Positions 53,490-63,464 of a stretch of DNA of 64,000 nt are shown one piece after another (the stretch's first letter is position 1; the number at the start of each line of letters is the position of its first letter). Under the pieces are notes generated by a model. That model ran no database searches. It was not told the origin of the DNA and saw only the letters and a program-made list of their open reading frames with translations. The DNA is taken from assembly GCA_965238225.1 (NCBI GenBank), contig OZ250183.1, forward strand, positions 160,001 through 224,000. Direction: 5' to 3'. Source of the stretch: Gammaproteobacteria bacterium. GTDB lineage: Bacteria > Pseudomonadota > Gammaproteobacteria > Eutrophobiales > Eutrophobiaceae. The position numbers and the translations under genes were made by a program.

Positions 53490-53515
53490 AGAAATAAACT
53501 TATATTTATGCCTTA

Positions 53516-53528
53516 AATCAACAACTTA
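53516..53528 (+). promoter_or_regulatory. IHF-binding consensus in the CRISPR leader
   Basis: AATCAACAACTTA matches WATCAANNNNTTR exactly, 10 bp before the first repeat. Confidence 0.65.
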
Positions 53529-53538
53529 CTTGCAAGAT

Positions 53539-56173
53539 AGTGTAACCGACTAAGGTTTATCTGCAATCCACAACACCTGCTCCGCCAGCATAATAGGCGG
53601 ATAGTGTAACCGACTAAGGTTTATCTGCAATCCACAACGAGAGGTCTTCGGCGAGAAAGTGTAACCGACTAAGGTTTATCTGCAATCCACAACAACAAGT
53701 TGACATCGGTGCACTTTGAGTGTAACCGACTAAGGTTTATCTGCAATCCACAAAGTGTCTGATTTGCCAATCTCGGCGAGTTAGTGTAACCGACTAAGGT
53801 TTATCTGCAATCCACAACTCGACTATGATAATCGTTTTAACCGTGAGTGTAACCGACTAAGGTTTATCTGCAATCCACAAGCTAAATCTCAACATGCTTA
53901 ATATTTAAGTGTAACCGACTAAGGTTTATCTGCAATCCACAACTGGATTATCTCTATGCCTGAGTGTAACCGACTAAGGTTTATCTGCAATCCACAACCT
54001 ATAAATTGGTCATGTAATTGAAAAATTAAATAGTGTAACCGACTAAGGTTTATCTGCAATCCACAACTATAATGCAAAACCTATAATTTATTTTGTGATA
54101 GTGTAACCGACTAAGGTTTATCTGCAATCCACAACGATGCCCATCAAGGATTCAACGTTCACGTTGTAGTGTAACCGACTAAGGTTTATCTGCAATCCAC
54201 AACTGCTATGGCTCAAGAGGCGTAATGTTCATGGGCAAGTGTAACCGACTAAGGTTTATCTGCAATCCACAACTGTGTATACCCTATTGTTTTTAATGAG
54301 CCTACGCCAAGTGTAACCGACTAAGGTTTATCTGCAATCCACAACAGGCGTGGTATAACTAGTTTGCTACGTTCATAACGTAGTGTAACCGACTAAGGTT
54401 TATCTGCAATCCACAACAGGAATGGCGGCGAGCGTTAGCAACAGTGTAACCATTTAAATATATAGTGTAACCGACTAAGGTTTATCTGCAATCCACAACA
54501 GGCGTATGAGCTTGTTGATGTGCCTTGCTGAGTGTAACCGACTAAGGTTTATCTGCAATCCACAACAAGTTGTAGTTGATTGTAGTTGCGTAGTTGAGTG
54601 TAACCGACTAAGGTTTATCTGCAATCCACAACCTGTCACTCTGTGCCCAAAGCTCGTATTGGAGTGTAACCGACTAAGGTTTATCTGCAATCCACAACTG
54701 GAATAATGCATAAAAGTGTAACCGATAGGTTTATTTTGTAAATTATTCCAAGAGTGTAACCGACTAAGGTTTATCTGCAATCCACAACATCCCTGCGATT
54801 TTGACGGAATGCGATCTTAAGTGTAACCGACTAAGGTTTATCTGCAATCCACAACTTATATGCCTATTTTACATGAGCCTATGCCTGGAGTAGTGTAACC
54901 GACTAAGGTTTATCTGCAATCCACAACCTCACTTAGTATAGCCTTTATCGAGTCGATTAAGTGTAACCGACTAAGGTTTATCTGCAATCCACAACGGCAA
55001 ATGTCAGCGCTTGCACTATTAATAAGTGTAACCGACTAAGGTTTATCTGCAATCCACAACTTGTCTTACCTCGGGTTGAAAATAGTGTAACCGACTAAGG
55101 TTTATCTGCAATCCACAACTTATAATGCTATAACTTTTATAAGTCAAAGTGTAACCGACTAAGGTTTATCTGCAATCCACAACCACAATTTCCAGCATAT
55201 GTACGTCACACTTTAGTGTAACCGACTAAGGTTTATCTGCAATCCACAACGGTTTATTGTTTTTAAATAGATTAAGTGTAACCGACTAAGGTTTATCTGC
55301 AATCCACAACTGCATATAAGGCTGCGTGTTACAATCAGTGTAACCGACTAAGGTTTATCTGCAATCCACAACTAGCGGCTCTGTTAGCCATTAAAAGTAC
55401 CCTAAAAAGTGTAACCGACTAAGGTTTATCTGCAATCCACAACTAAGTCGTGCGAGTAGTGGATGTCTTGCAACTTATGAGGTTTAGTGTAACCGACTAA
55501 GGTTTATCTGCAATCCACAACATCCGTTGAGCATCGAATGTCGGCATAACTAGTGTAACCGACTAAGGTTTATCTGCAATCCACAACTAAGGTGCAACTT
55601 TGTAGGCAAGATATGGCGTTAGTGTAACCGACTAAGGTTTATCTGCAATCCACAACTTGTCAAACGAGGATATGATAACGCTTGTAATCGAGTGTAACCG
55701 ACTAAGGTTTATCTGCAATCCACAACCTTTATCGTAGTTATACGGCTGATCGTCATGATAAGTGTAACCGACTAAGGTTTATCTGCAATCCCACAACGGG
55801 GAACGGAGTAATTTGTTTGGCTTGAGTGTAACCGACTAAGGTTTATCTGCAATCCACAACAAGACCTGGGCAAAATGAGTGTAACCGACTAAGGTTTATC
55901 TGCAATCCACAACATATCAAGCCATTGAAATTCCTTTGATGAGTGTAACCGACTAAGGTTTATCTGCAATCCACAACTTGTGCTTTGGATTCAATTTCCG
56001 TTATAACAAGTGTAACCGACTAAGGTTTATCTGCAATCCACAACATGGAGCCGACTGTAGATATCAGTATCGCAGTGTAACCGACTAAGGTTTATCTGCA
56101 ATCCACAACGCTTTTAGAAATGAGTAAAAGCCTTGACAGTGTAACCGACTAAGGTTTATCTGCAATCCACAAC
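53539..56173 (-). CRISPR. Type II-C CRISPR array: 40 repeats of 36 bp (GTTGTGGATTGCAGATAAACCTTAGTCGGTTACACT in predicted crRNA sense), 39 spacers
   Basis: Repeats counted by hand. Variants: last base differs in repeats 4 and 6; extra C in repeat 34. Orientation inferred from the GTT start and the tracrRNA anti-repeat. Confidence 0.97.
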
Positions 56174-56231
56174 CATCAGGCAAAACCCATGTTAAAATAA
56201 ACGCCTATTAAAACTTACCAAAATATAAAAA

Positions 56232-56786
56232 ATGAAAGTGAATCTCGCCTCAAGTTCGCCGCGCAGAAAACAACTCCTCGAACAGCTCAGCATTGAATTT
56301 AATGTAGTTGATATTGAAATAAATGAAACTTGGGACAATAAAGAGCCTGCTAAAATTTACGTTAAACGTATGGCCTTGGAAAAAGCGCGCGCTGGAAAAT
56401 CAAACATTCAAAATAAATTACCTGTGCTTGCAGCAGATACCTGCGTGGTGCTTGATGATGTAATTTTAGGCAAGGCCGAAACCAAAGAAGATGCAACGAA
56501 AATGCTTGGGCAATTATCAGGCAGAACACATCATGTTTATACTGCTGTTGCCCTAATTACAGAAACCGAACAAGTAAGGCTAAATGTCAGCCATGTGAAT
56601 TTTCGTCCATTAACTAAAACCGACATACAACAATATTGCACAACAAAAGAGCCTTTGGGTAAGGCCGGTGCCTATGCCATACAAGGTAAAGCAGCTGCTT
56701 TTATCCAACATTTACAAGGTAGTTATTCAGGGGTAATGGGTCTGCCACTTTATGAAGTAGCACAGATGCTAAACGCAATAAAATAA
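56232..56786 (+). CDS. maf: Maf-family nucleoside triphosphate pyrophosphatase (YhdE-like)
   Basis: LASSSPRRKQLL, AADTCV, ILGK, GKAGAYAIQG, GSYSGVMGLP. Confidence 0.95.
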   Translation: MKVNLASSSPRRKQLLEQLSIEFNVVDIEINETWDNKEPAKIYVKRMALEKARAGKSNIQNKLPVLAADTCVVLDDVILGKAETKEDATKMLGQLSGRTHHVYTAVALITETEQVRLNVSHVNFRPLTKTDIQQYCTTKEPLGKAGAYAIQGKAAAFIQHLQGSYSGVMGLPLYEVAQMLNAIK

Positions 56787-57026
56787 TGCCCAAATATTCC
56801 AAGTCCTTCGGTAAAACTTGCAAGCCCTATAAACAGTAAATCTTCAATACAGAAATTTTGATAAATTGGTAAGACGTGTATATAGGCTGGCTTTACAGCA
56901 TAGACTTATCCCTGTATAAATCCTGAGCTTTGGTGCTAAAGATATCTTCATACTTGGAGGATACAACATCAGAAATTATGTATTTAATAAAATTATTAAC
57001 TTTCTATTGAAAGTAGGGGGTTTTAT

Positions 57027-59042
57027 ATGTTGTCTATTGTCCATCTGCCTATAGGCTTAGGTATTTTTGGTCTTGTTTGCGCTGTATTGGTCTTTTTAAA
57101 AGTCAAATCTGAGCCTGCTGGTGAGGGTAAGGTTGTTGAAATTGGCGACCAAATTCACCTTGGCGCTATGGTCTTTATGAAAAGCGAATATTCACGCTTG
57201 GCAATTTTTTGCATTATTTGTATTGTTGCTATTGCAAGCTCTGAGCTTGGCATCAATACTGCGGCAGCCTTCCTGCTTGGCGCAGTTTGTTCTGGCACTG
57301 CGGGTTACTTTGGTATGTATACCGCAACCTATGCAAATGTGAGAACAGCAGTTGCCGCAAATAATAAAGGTGCCGCTGCCGCATTACAGATCGCCTTCTT
57401 TGGTGGCTCCATCATGGGGCTTACTGTTGCTGCCATGGGTTTGTTTGGTATTGGTTTGCTTTATTATTTCTTTGCAGGTGATGCACACACCATTCACGCC
57501 ATTGAAGGATTTGCCATGGGCGCATCATCAGTCGCATTATTTTCCCGTGTAGGTGGTGGTATCTTCACTAAAAGCGCAGACATTGGTGCTGACTTGGTGG
57601 GCAAACTAGAAGCTGGCATCCCTGAAGATGATCCTAGAAACCCAGGGGTTATTGCTGATAATGTTGGTGATAATGTTGGTGATGTCGCTGGTATGGGCTC
57701 AGATATTTTTGAATCCTACTGCGGCGCTATGATTGCAAGCATTGCGCTTGCTGCTACTATGAGCGGTGCCACTGTTGCAGACCTTACCTCAGTGGGTCGC
57801 GATACATTAACATTCATGCCGTTGGCCTTGTCTTGTCTTGGTTTAGTTTGCTCCATGATAGGCATCTTTTCTGTCAAACTCTTTTCTGCAAAAAGCCCGG
57901 AGATTGCCCTGCGCTTTGGCACCATGGGCGCATCTGTCATATTTATCATCACCTCTTATATTCTGATTGCACAGATGAATGTCTCAAGCAACATCTGGGT
58001 AGCTGTGCTCTCTGGTGCGCTTGGCGGTATTGTCATTGGCCTAGTCACTGAGTATTTCACAGGCGGCGCACCAGTTCGCAAGATTGCAAAAGATGGAGAA
58101 ACAGGTTCGGCAACTGTAATCATTTCCGGGCTGGCAACGGGCATGTACTCCGTGACGATTCCCGTTTTAACTATCTGCGCCATCATACTGACCGCCAGCC
58201 ATTTCGCTGGGCTTTATGGTGTCGGCATTGCCGCTGTGGGCATGCTGGCAACCGTCGGCATCACCATGGCGATTGATGCCTACGGCCCTGTTGCTGATAA
58301 CGCCGGCGGCATTGCTGAAATGGCGCAGATGGGTGAATCTACACGCGAGATTACAGATTCACTGGACGAAGTAGGGAACACGACCGCGGCGATTGGCAAG
58401 GGTTTTGCAATTGGTGCGGCGGCTCTTGCTGCCTTGGCATTAATAAGTGCCTTTATAGAAAAAATCACGCTGTATGATCCTGATTTTATTCTTAAGATTA
58501 ATGACCCGATGGTACTTTGCGGTATGTTCCTTGGCGGTATTTTTCCATTCTTGGTAAGCGCCATGACCATGACTGCGGTGGGTGATGCAGCCTTTGATAT
58601 GATAAAAGAGATACGTCGTCAGTTTAAAGAGATACCAGGTTTGCTGGAAGGTACTGGCAAACCAGATACCGCACGTTGTATTGATATTGCAACCCGCGCA
58701 GCACTCAGAAAAATGATCATGCCGGGTGCGCTTGCGGTATTGGCTCCTGTGGTTGTTGGCTTTGGTTTGGGTGCACAAGCGCTTGGCGGGATGTTGGGCG
58801 GTGCACTAATTTGCTGCGTTATGATGGCATTATTTATGGCCAATGCTGGCGGCGCATGGGACAACGCCAAGAAGTATGTTGAAAAAGGAAACTTAGGCGG
58901 CAAGGGTTCTGATGTACACACAGCTGTTGTTGTTGGTGATACTGTGGGAGACCCGCTTAAGGATACTTCTGGTCCTTCTATGAATATCTTAATTAACGTT
59001 ATGGCGATTGTGAGTTTAGTTATCGCACCATTACTGACTTAG
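57027..59042 (+). CDS. hppA: Membrane-bound ion-translocating pyrophosphatase, K+-dependent type (probably Na+-pumping)
   Basis: [42 protein letters not shown] (K+-dependent signature), [14 protein letters not shown]. Confidence 0.94.
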   Translation: MLSIVHLPIGLGIFGLVCAVLVFLKVKSEPAGEGKVVEIGDQIHLGAMVFMKSEYSRLAIFCIICIVAIASSELGINTAAAFLLGAVCSGTAGYFGMYTATYANVRTAVAANNKGAAAALQIAFFGGSIMGLTVAAMGLFGIGLLYYFFAGDAHTIHAIEGFAMGASSVALFSRVGGGIFTKSADIGADLVGKLEAGIPEDDPRNPGVIADNVGDNVGDVAGMGSDIFESYCGAMIASIALAATMSGATVADLTSVGRDTLTFMPLALSCLGLVCSMIGIFSVKLFSAKSPEIALRFGTMGASVIFIITSYILIAQMNVSSNIWVAVLSGALGGIVIGLVTEYFTGGAPVRKIAKDGETGSATVIISGLATGMYSVTIPVLTICAIILTASHFAGLYGVGIAAVGMLATVGITMAIDAYGPVADNAGGIAEMAQMGESTREITDSLDEVGNTTAAIGKGFAIGAAALAALALISAFIEKITLYDPDFILKINDPMVLCGMFLGGIFPFLVSAMTMTAVGDAAFDMIKEIRRQFKEIPGLLEGTGKPDTARCIDIATRAALRKMIMPGALAVLAPVVVGFGLGAQALGGMLGGALICCVMMALFMANAGGAWDNAKKYVEKGNLGGKGSDVHTAVVVGDTVGDPLKDTSGPSMNILINVMAIVSLVIAPLLT

Positions 59043-59225
59043 TTTATGTACTTTAAGGATGTACGGTATGTCACCGGTGCATGAATACGCAGAAACAGCG
59101 ATGCACAGAATGCCTACACGGATGTAGCTGGTAGAGTAATGCAGGAGCAATTACCGAGTGGCGTAGTTCATTAAACTTAGAGTTGAGTTATTTTTCGTCA
59201 TGCCCGTGGAAATGAGAATACAGTG
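59041..59225. repeat. Cluster of degenerate palindromic REP/MITE-like elements between the convergent hppA and ggt genes
   Basis: Hairpins ctaca-cgga-tgtag and gtaatgc-agga-gcaattac, imperfect terminal IR agtttatgtact / agttcattaaact, and cgtcatgcccgtggaaatgagaatacag. Confidence 0.45.
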
Positions 59226-59315
59226 TTTTTATATTTAAGCTTGCCCCTATTTTTATTTCTCTTCTGCGTCCAAAAGCAAGATACCAAAAAATATGGCAGC
59301 CTGATATCTTGCCTT

Positions 59316-60995
59316 TCATTCTGAAATTACAACCGCCTTGCCCTCACCCCTGTGATCACTGGCCGCAAATAATTTATTTATTTTTTTATCCCATAAGATT
59401 GCCTGCATGTTTCCGTAACGACGATCCTTTTCTTTTAACACATGTCCGAGTTTTTTAAGGGCGCGCTGTTCTAAAAAAGTCAGGGCTTGTTTTTCAAATT
59501 GAACTTCATCTGGAAGATACTGATGATGATAACGTGGCACAGAAACCCATGAGTCTGGCAAATTACCATCAGCAAAATCAAGGATGCCGAGCAATACCAT
59601 GCTGATGATGCGGCTGCCTCCGGGCGTACCTAAAATACCGATCCTGTCATCCGTCTCTATAAATGTTGGCGACATACTTGAAAGCGGCCGCTTGCCTGCT
59701 TCGATGGCATTTGCCTTGCCTCCTGTCAAACCATAGGCATTTGAGACTTTTGCCTTAGCGGAAAAATCATCCATTTCGTTATTCAACAACACGCCTGTGC
59801 CTGGCACAACAAAGCCCGACCCAAAAGGCAGGTTAATGCTGAGTGTTGCCGCAACCCTGTTGCCTTCTTTATCGATCACCGAGAAGTGCGTTGTTTGTGT
59901 GCCAGTTTGTTCTAAAACAGAAACACTCCCAAGTGTTGTGCTTGGTGTCGCTGTATCCGCATCGATGGTCGCAGCAAGACCTTCGAGATAATCTTTGTCT
60001 AACAATCTTTGTTGGGAAATTTCAGTGTAATCCGGATCGCCAAGATATGCCGCACGATCTCGGTACGCACGGCGCATGGCCTCAATGATAATATGCTTCC
60101 TTGCAATATTTTTAGCCACGCCCAGATCAAACCCCTCAAGCATGGATAATATCTGAGCCAACGCAATTCCACCTGATGAAGGCGGAGGCGCTGAAATAAT
60201 ACGCAAATTTTTATAATGACCGATAATAGGTTCGCGCTCTATAACCCGATAACTTAATAAATCCTGCGCACTCCACAAACCCCCTTTGTCGCGAACATCC
60301 TGAACCATTCTTGAAGCCATAGCGCTTGCGTAAAAAGAGATCGCACCATGTGCTGCAATTTGTCTTAATGTCTGTGCCAAATCTTTTTGAATAATTTTAT
60401 AATCTAAGGTTGGTATCTGATTGTTTTCCAGAAAAATAGCAGCCGTTGATGGGAATGACTGCATCACTTGCAAACGATAATTAACCTGCCTTTGATATCT
60501 TTTTGTAACAGGAAACCCCTCTTCGGCATGTCTGATAGCTGGAGCCAATGTTTCTTTTAATGACAAACGACCATACTTTTCAGCAAGATATTCCAAGCCA
60601 GCAGGCACCCCTGGAATCCCGGCAGCCTTTGGTCCGTCGATTGATGCGCCTTTGATGATGTCACCATTTTTATCCAGATACATATTTTCGCTTGCAGATA
60701 ATGGTGCGGCTTCCCGTCCATCCAGCATGACTTGTTTGCCATCCTTTGCGCGATGTAATAACCAAAAACCACCGCCGCCTAAACCTGAACTATAAGGCTC
60801 AACGACAGCAAGAACGGCGGTGATTGCTACGGCTGCATCAAAAGCATTACCGCCTGCACGAAGAATTTCTACGGCTGCATCAGTAGCATAAGGGTGTGCT
60901 GTTGCAACAGCTAAAGCAGAAGGCTTTTGCGCATAGCTTGTGATGGTAACAAATAAGCATGATACAAAAACAAAAACTCGAGAAATGTTTTTCAT
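59316..60995 (-). CDS. ggt: Gamma-glutamyltransferase
   Basis: Signal peptide, GGNAFDAAVA, SSGLGGGGF, LDGREAAP, catalytic Thr in TTHFSVID, LNNEMDDF, RPLSSMSP, GTPGGSRI. Confidence 0.96.
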   Translation of the reverse strand: MKNISRVFVFVSCLFVTITSYAQKPSALAVATAHPYATDAAVEILRAGGNAFDAAVAITAVLAVVEPYSSGLGGGGFWLLHRAKDGKQVMLDGREAAPLSASENMYLDKNGDIIKGASIDGPKAAGIPGVPAGLEYLAEKYGRLSLKETLAPAIRHAEEGFPVTKRYQRQVNYRLQVMQSFPSTAAIFLENNQIPTLDYKIIQKDLAQTLRQIAAHGAISFYASAMASRMVQDVRDKGGLWSAQDLLSYRVIEREPIIGHYKNLRIISAPPPSSGGIALAQILSMLEGFDLGVAKNIARKHIIIEAMRRAYRDRAAYLGDPDYTEISQQRLLDKDYLEGLAATIDADTATPSTTLGSVSVLEQTGTQTTHFSVIDKEGNRVAATLSINLPFGSGFVVPGTGVLLNNEMDDFSAKAKVSNAYGLTGGKANAIEAGKRPLSSMSPTFIETDDRIGILGTPGGSRIISMVLLGILDFADGNLPDSWVSVPRYHHQYLPDEVQFEKQALTFLEQRALKKLGHVLKEKDRRYGNMQAILWDKKINKLFAASDHRGEGKAVVISE

Positions 60996-61030
60996 TAAAT
61001 AGTTGTATCTACAAAATGTTTTTTGTTTTC

Positions 61031-61510
61031 TTATTGATGCTTTTTTTTCAGAGCCATCAAGACATCTTCGTTCACAAACTTACTAACATCTCCGCCCAAT
61101 GATGAAATTTCCCTGACTAAACTAGAAGAAATAAAACTCAGATGTTCGGAGGGTCTTAGGAATATTGTTTCAGCATCTTTAAATAAACTTCGGTTCATGC
61201 CAGCCATTTGAAATTCGTAATCAAAATCAGCAGCAGCACGAATACCTCGCACAATAACTTTTGCATTTAGATCGCGGGCAATATCTGTCGCCAGCTTATC
61301 AAAATGGCATACTTCGACATTTTCTAATGATGATAATGCAGTCTTTGCAAGATTGATTCTTTCTTCTGTTGAAAATAATATTGGCTTTTCGGTGTTTTCG
61401 GAAATAGCGAGAAATACTTTGTTAAAAATTTTGGAGGCACGCGTAATAATATCGATATGACCATGTGTGATAGGATCAAACGCACCCGGATATATAGCTG
61501 TTATTTTCAC
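61031..61510 (-). CDS. coaD: Phosphopantetheine adenylyltransferase
   Basis: YPGAFDPITHGH, RGIRAAADFDYE, ISSSLVRE. Confidence 0.95.
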   Translation of the reverse strand: MKITAIYPGAFDPITHGHIDIITRASKIFNKVFLAISENTEKPILFSTEERINLAKTALSSLENVEVCHFDKLATDIARDLNAKVIVRGIRAAADFDYEFQMAGMNRSLFKDAETIFLRPSEHLSFISSSLVREISSLGGDVSKFVNEDVLMALKKKHQ

Positions 61511-61514
61511 TGGA

Positions 61515-62069
61515 TCAGTTTATTAATGTTTTTAACAGCGTGCAGTGTACCTGACCTGCTTTCGTTTGTTTAATCACTTCGACATTTTTTTCTGCTTGCC
61601 ATGCGCTTTCACTCTCGATATAAACCAAAGTTTGTGCGCCGAGACACTCGGACTCAGCCAAAAGAGACAGACTTTGTTTAATCATGTTTTTACCGAAGGG
61701 TGGGTCTAAAAATATAATGTCGAAGGCATAATCTGCGGTTTTTATCCATTGTAGAGCGTCCGCTTGATACACAATAATTTTATTGGTATCCAATATCTTG
61801 AGTGATTCGCGCAGGGTTTCTGCGGTGTTTTTATCTTGTTCTATCAGCACCGAACTGGCAGCGCCACGAGACACAGCCTCTATCCCCAACGCCCCTGAGC
61901 CAGCAAACATATCCAAACAATTCGCGCCGCAAATGGTAGCTTGTAACCAGTTAAATAAAGTTTCTCTTGCCCGATTTGGGGTTGGCCGCAAACCCTGAGC
62001 GTCGTCCACAGGTATTTTTCGTCCGCGCCATGCGCCGCCGATAATGCGAACCTTACCCTCCTGTTTCAA
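61515..62069 (-). CDS. rsmD: 16S rRNA m2G966 methyltransferase
   Basis: RIIGGAWRGR, LRPT..RETLFNWL, DMFAGSGALG, FLDPPF. Confidence 0.95.
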   Translation of the reverse strand: MKQEGKVRIIGGAWRGRKIPVDDAQGLRPTPNRARETLFNWLQATICGANCLDMFAGSGALGIEAVSRGAASSVLIEQDKNTAETLRESLKILDTNKIIVYQADALQWIKTADYAFDIIFLDPPFGKNMIKQSLSLLAESECLGAQTLVYIESESAWQAEKNVEVIKQTKAGQVHCTLLKTLIN

Positions 62070-62138
62070 CTTGAGCCTCCGACTTCTTTTGATTTTTGCG
62101 TATGTTTAGTTGCTCTACTTTTCTCTAGGTTTGCTTTC

Positions 62139-63464
62139 TTATAAATCTGGTTCATCTGATCTTGACCCAACCATCACCGTAACAAATTTATCTGGTGATA
62201 AACGCCGCCTAAAAGCATCCTGAATTTGAGCAACAGTGACGGCATTAACATTAGCACTGAATGTTTCAAGATAATTATCTGGCAGACCATAAAACCCAAT
62301 CATACCAATATAAGAAATGATCTTACCATTGCTCGCTAATCTCAGTGGAAAGCCTCCGGTGATATTTTTCTTTGAGGCTGCAAGCTCTATCTCGGTCGGA
62401 CCATTGTCGATAAATGTTTTCAAGTGCGCTTGTAACACCGCAAGAGCTTTTTCTGTCTGATCTGTTCGAGTTTGCAGGCTGGCGATAAAAGTTCCATTTT
62501 CACGCATGGCAGAAAAATAACTATTTGCGCTATAGGAGAGTCCGCGTTTTTCGCGAATTTCTTTAAATAGCCTAGAGATCATACCGCCACCCCCCAACAC
62601 ATGATTACCCACATAGAGCGGGAAATAATCCGCGTCTCCCCGTTTGATTCCTGTCTGCCCAATAAGAATATGGGTTTGCGTTGATGGGTAATCTATCTTT
62701 ATCGTTACAGCTTTTTCCAAAGTCAACACTTTTGGAATTGCTTGTGGCTTTTCACCTGCAGGTAATTCTTTAAGCAAACTTTCAACCTTTGTCTTTGCTT
62801 CGGCTTTGGTTAAATCACCGACAATAGATATAGTTGCATTTTTTGCAACGTAATAATTTTTATGAAACTCAACTACGTTTTCGCGAGCCAAAACGCTGAT
62901 ACTTTCTTCGGTACCTGAACTTGGAGTGGCGTAAGGATGCCCCTTAAAGACTTCAGCAAAAAAAGCATCACTTGCCAGTGCGCTAGGAGATTGCTGTTTA
63001 CTGCGAATACCAATCAAAGCTCTATTCTTTTGTCTTGCCAATGCATCTTCTGGAAAATCAGGCTTTGCCAATACGCGCGCAAAATTTTCCAACGCAGCAT
63101 CCAGTATTGCGTGATCAGACAAACTGCGCAGATTGATGGAAGCGTGATCATAACCGGCACTACCACCATAGTTAGCCCCCAGCTTATCAAAGCCCTGACT
63201 AATTTGACCAGCGGTGAGTCCGTCAGCACCCTCGTCCAATAAACTATTCGTGAGTCCAGACAGTCCGGCTTTATCACCATCGCGTGCGCTGCCTGCATCA
63301 AAAGTAATCTGAATATCTACCATAGGCAGTTCTTTTGCTTCAACAAAATAAACATTGGCACCTTTTTCTGATTGCCAAGTTTGGATCAATGGTGCCGCCT
63401 GAACATAAGGCAACAACAGATAAGAAGATAACAATAAGGGCATGTATAAAATTTTATCTGCCAT
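62139..63464 (-). CDS. M16 family peptidase, non-catalytic (HXXEH-less) subunit
   Basis: FDAGSARD, GNHVLGGGGMISRL, R/Y pair REKRGLSYS; no HXXEH. Start placed at ATG 63464, overlapping the upstream gene's end. Confidence 0.88.
   Translation of the reverse strand: MADKILYMPLLLSSYLLLPYVQAAPLIQTWQSEKGANVYFVEAKELPMVDIQITFDAGSARDGDKAGLSGLTNSLLDEGADGLTAGQISQGFDKLGANYGGSAGYDHASINLRSLSDHAILDAALENFARVLAKPDFPEDALARQKNRALIGIRSKQQSPSALASDAFFAEVFKGHPYATPSSGTEESISVLARENVVEFHKNYYVAKNATISIVGDLTKAEAKTKVESLLKELPAGEKPQAIPKVLTLEKAVTIKIDYPSTQTHILIGQTGIKRGDADYFPLYVGNHVLGGGGMISRLFKEIREKRGLSYSANSYFSAMRENGTFIASLQTRTDQTEKALAVLQAHLKTFIDNGPTEIELAASKKNITGGFPLRLASNGKIISYIGMIGFYGLPDNYLETFSANVNAVTVAQIQDAFRRRLSPDKFVTVMVGSRSDEPDL

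Noticed and set aside
54475-54780. ORFs with repeated CGLQINLSRLHS / ECNRLRFICNPQ peptides
   Set aside because: They are translations of the CRISPR repeats, not genes.
55914-55941. Spacer 36 shares atatcaagcca with hemY (about 11603-11613), possible self-targeting
   Set aside because: Only 11 nt, expected by chance. A full self-target search could not be done by eye.
57655-57685. Tandem repeat gataatgttggtgataatgttggtgat in hppA
   Set aside because: It encodes the universally conserved DNVGDNVGD motif of membrane PPases.
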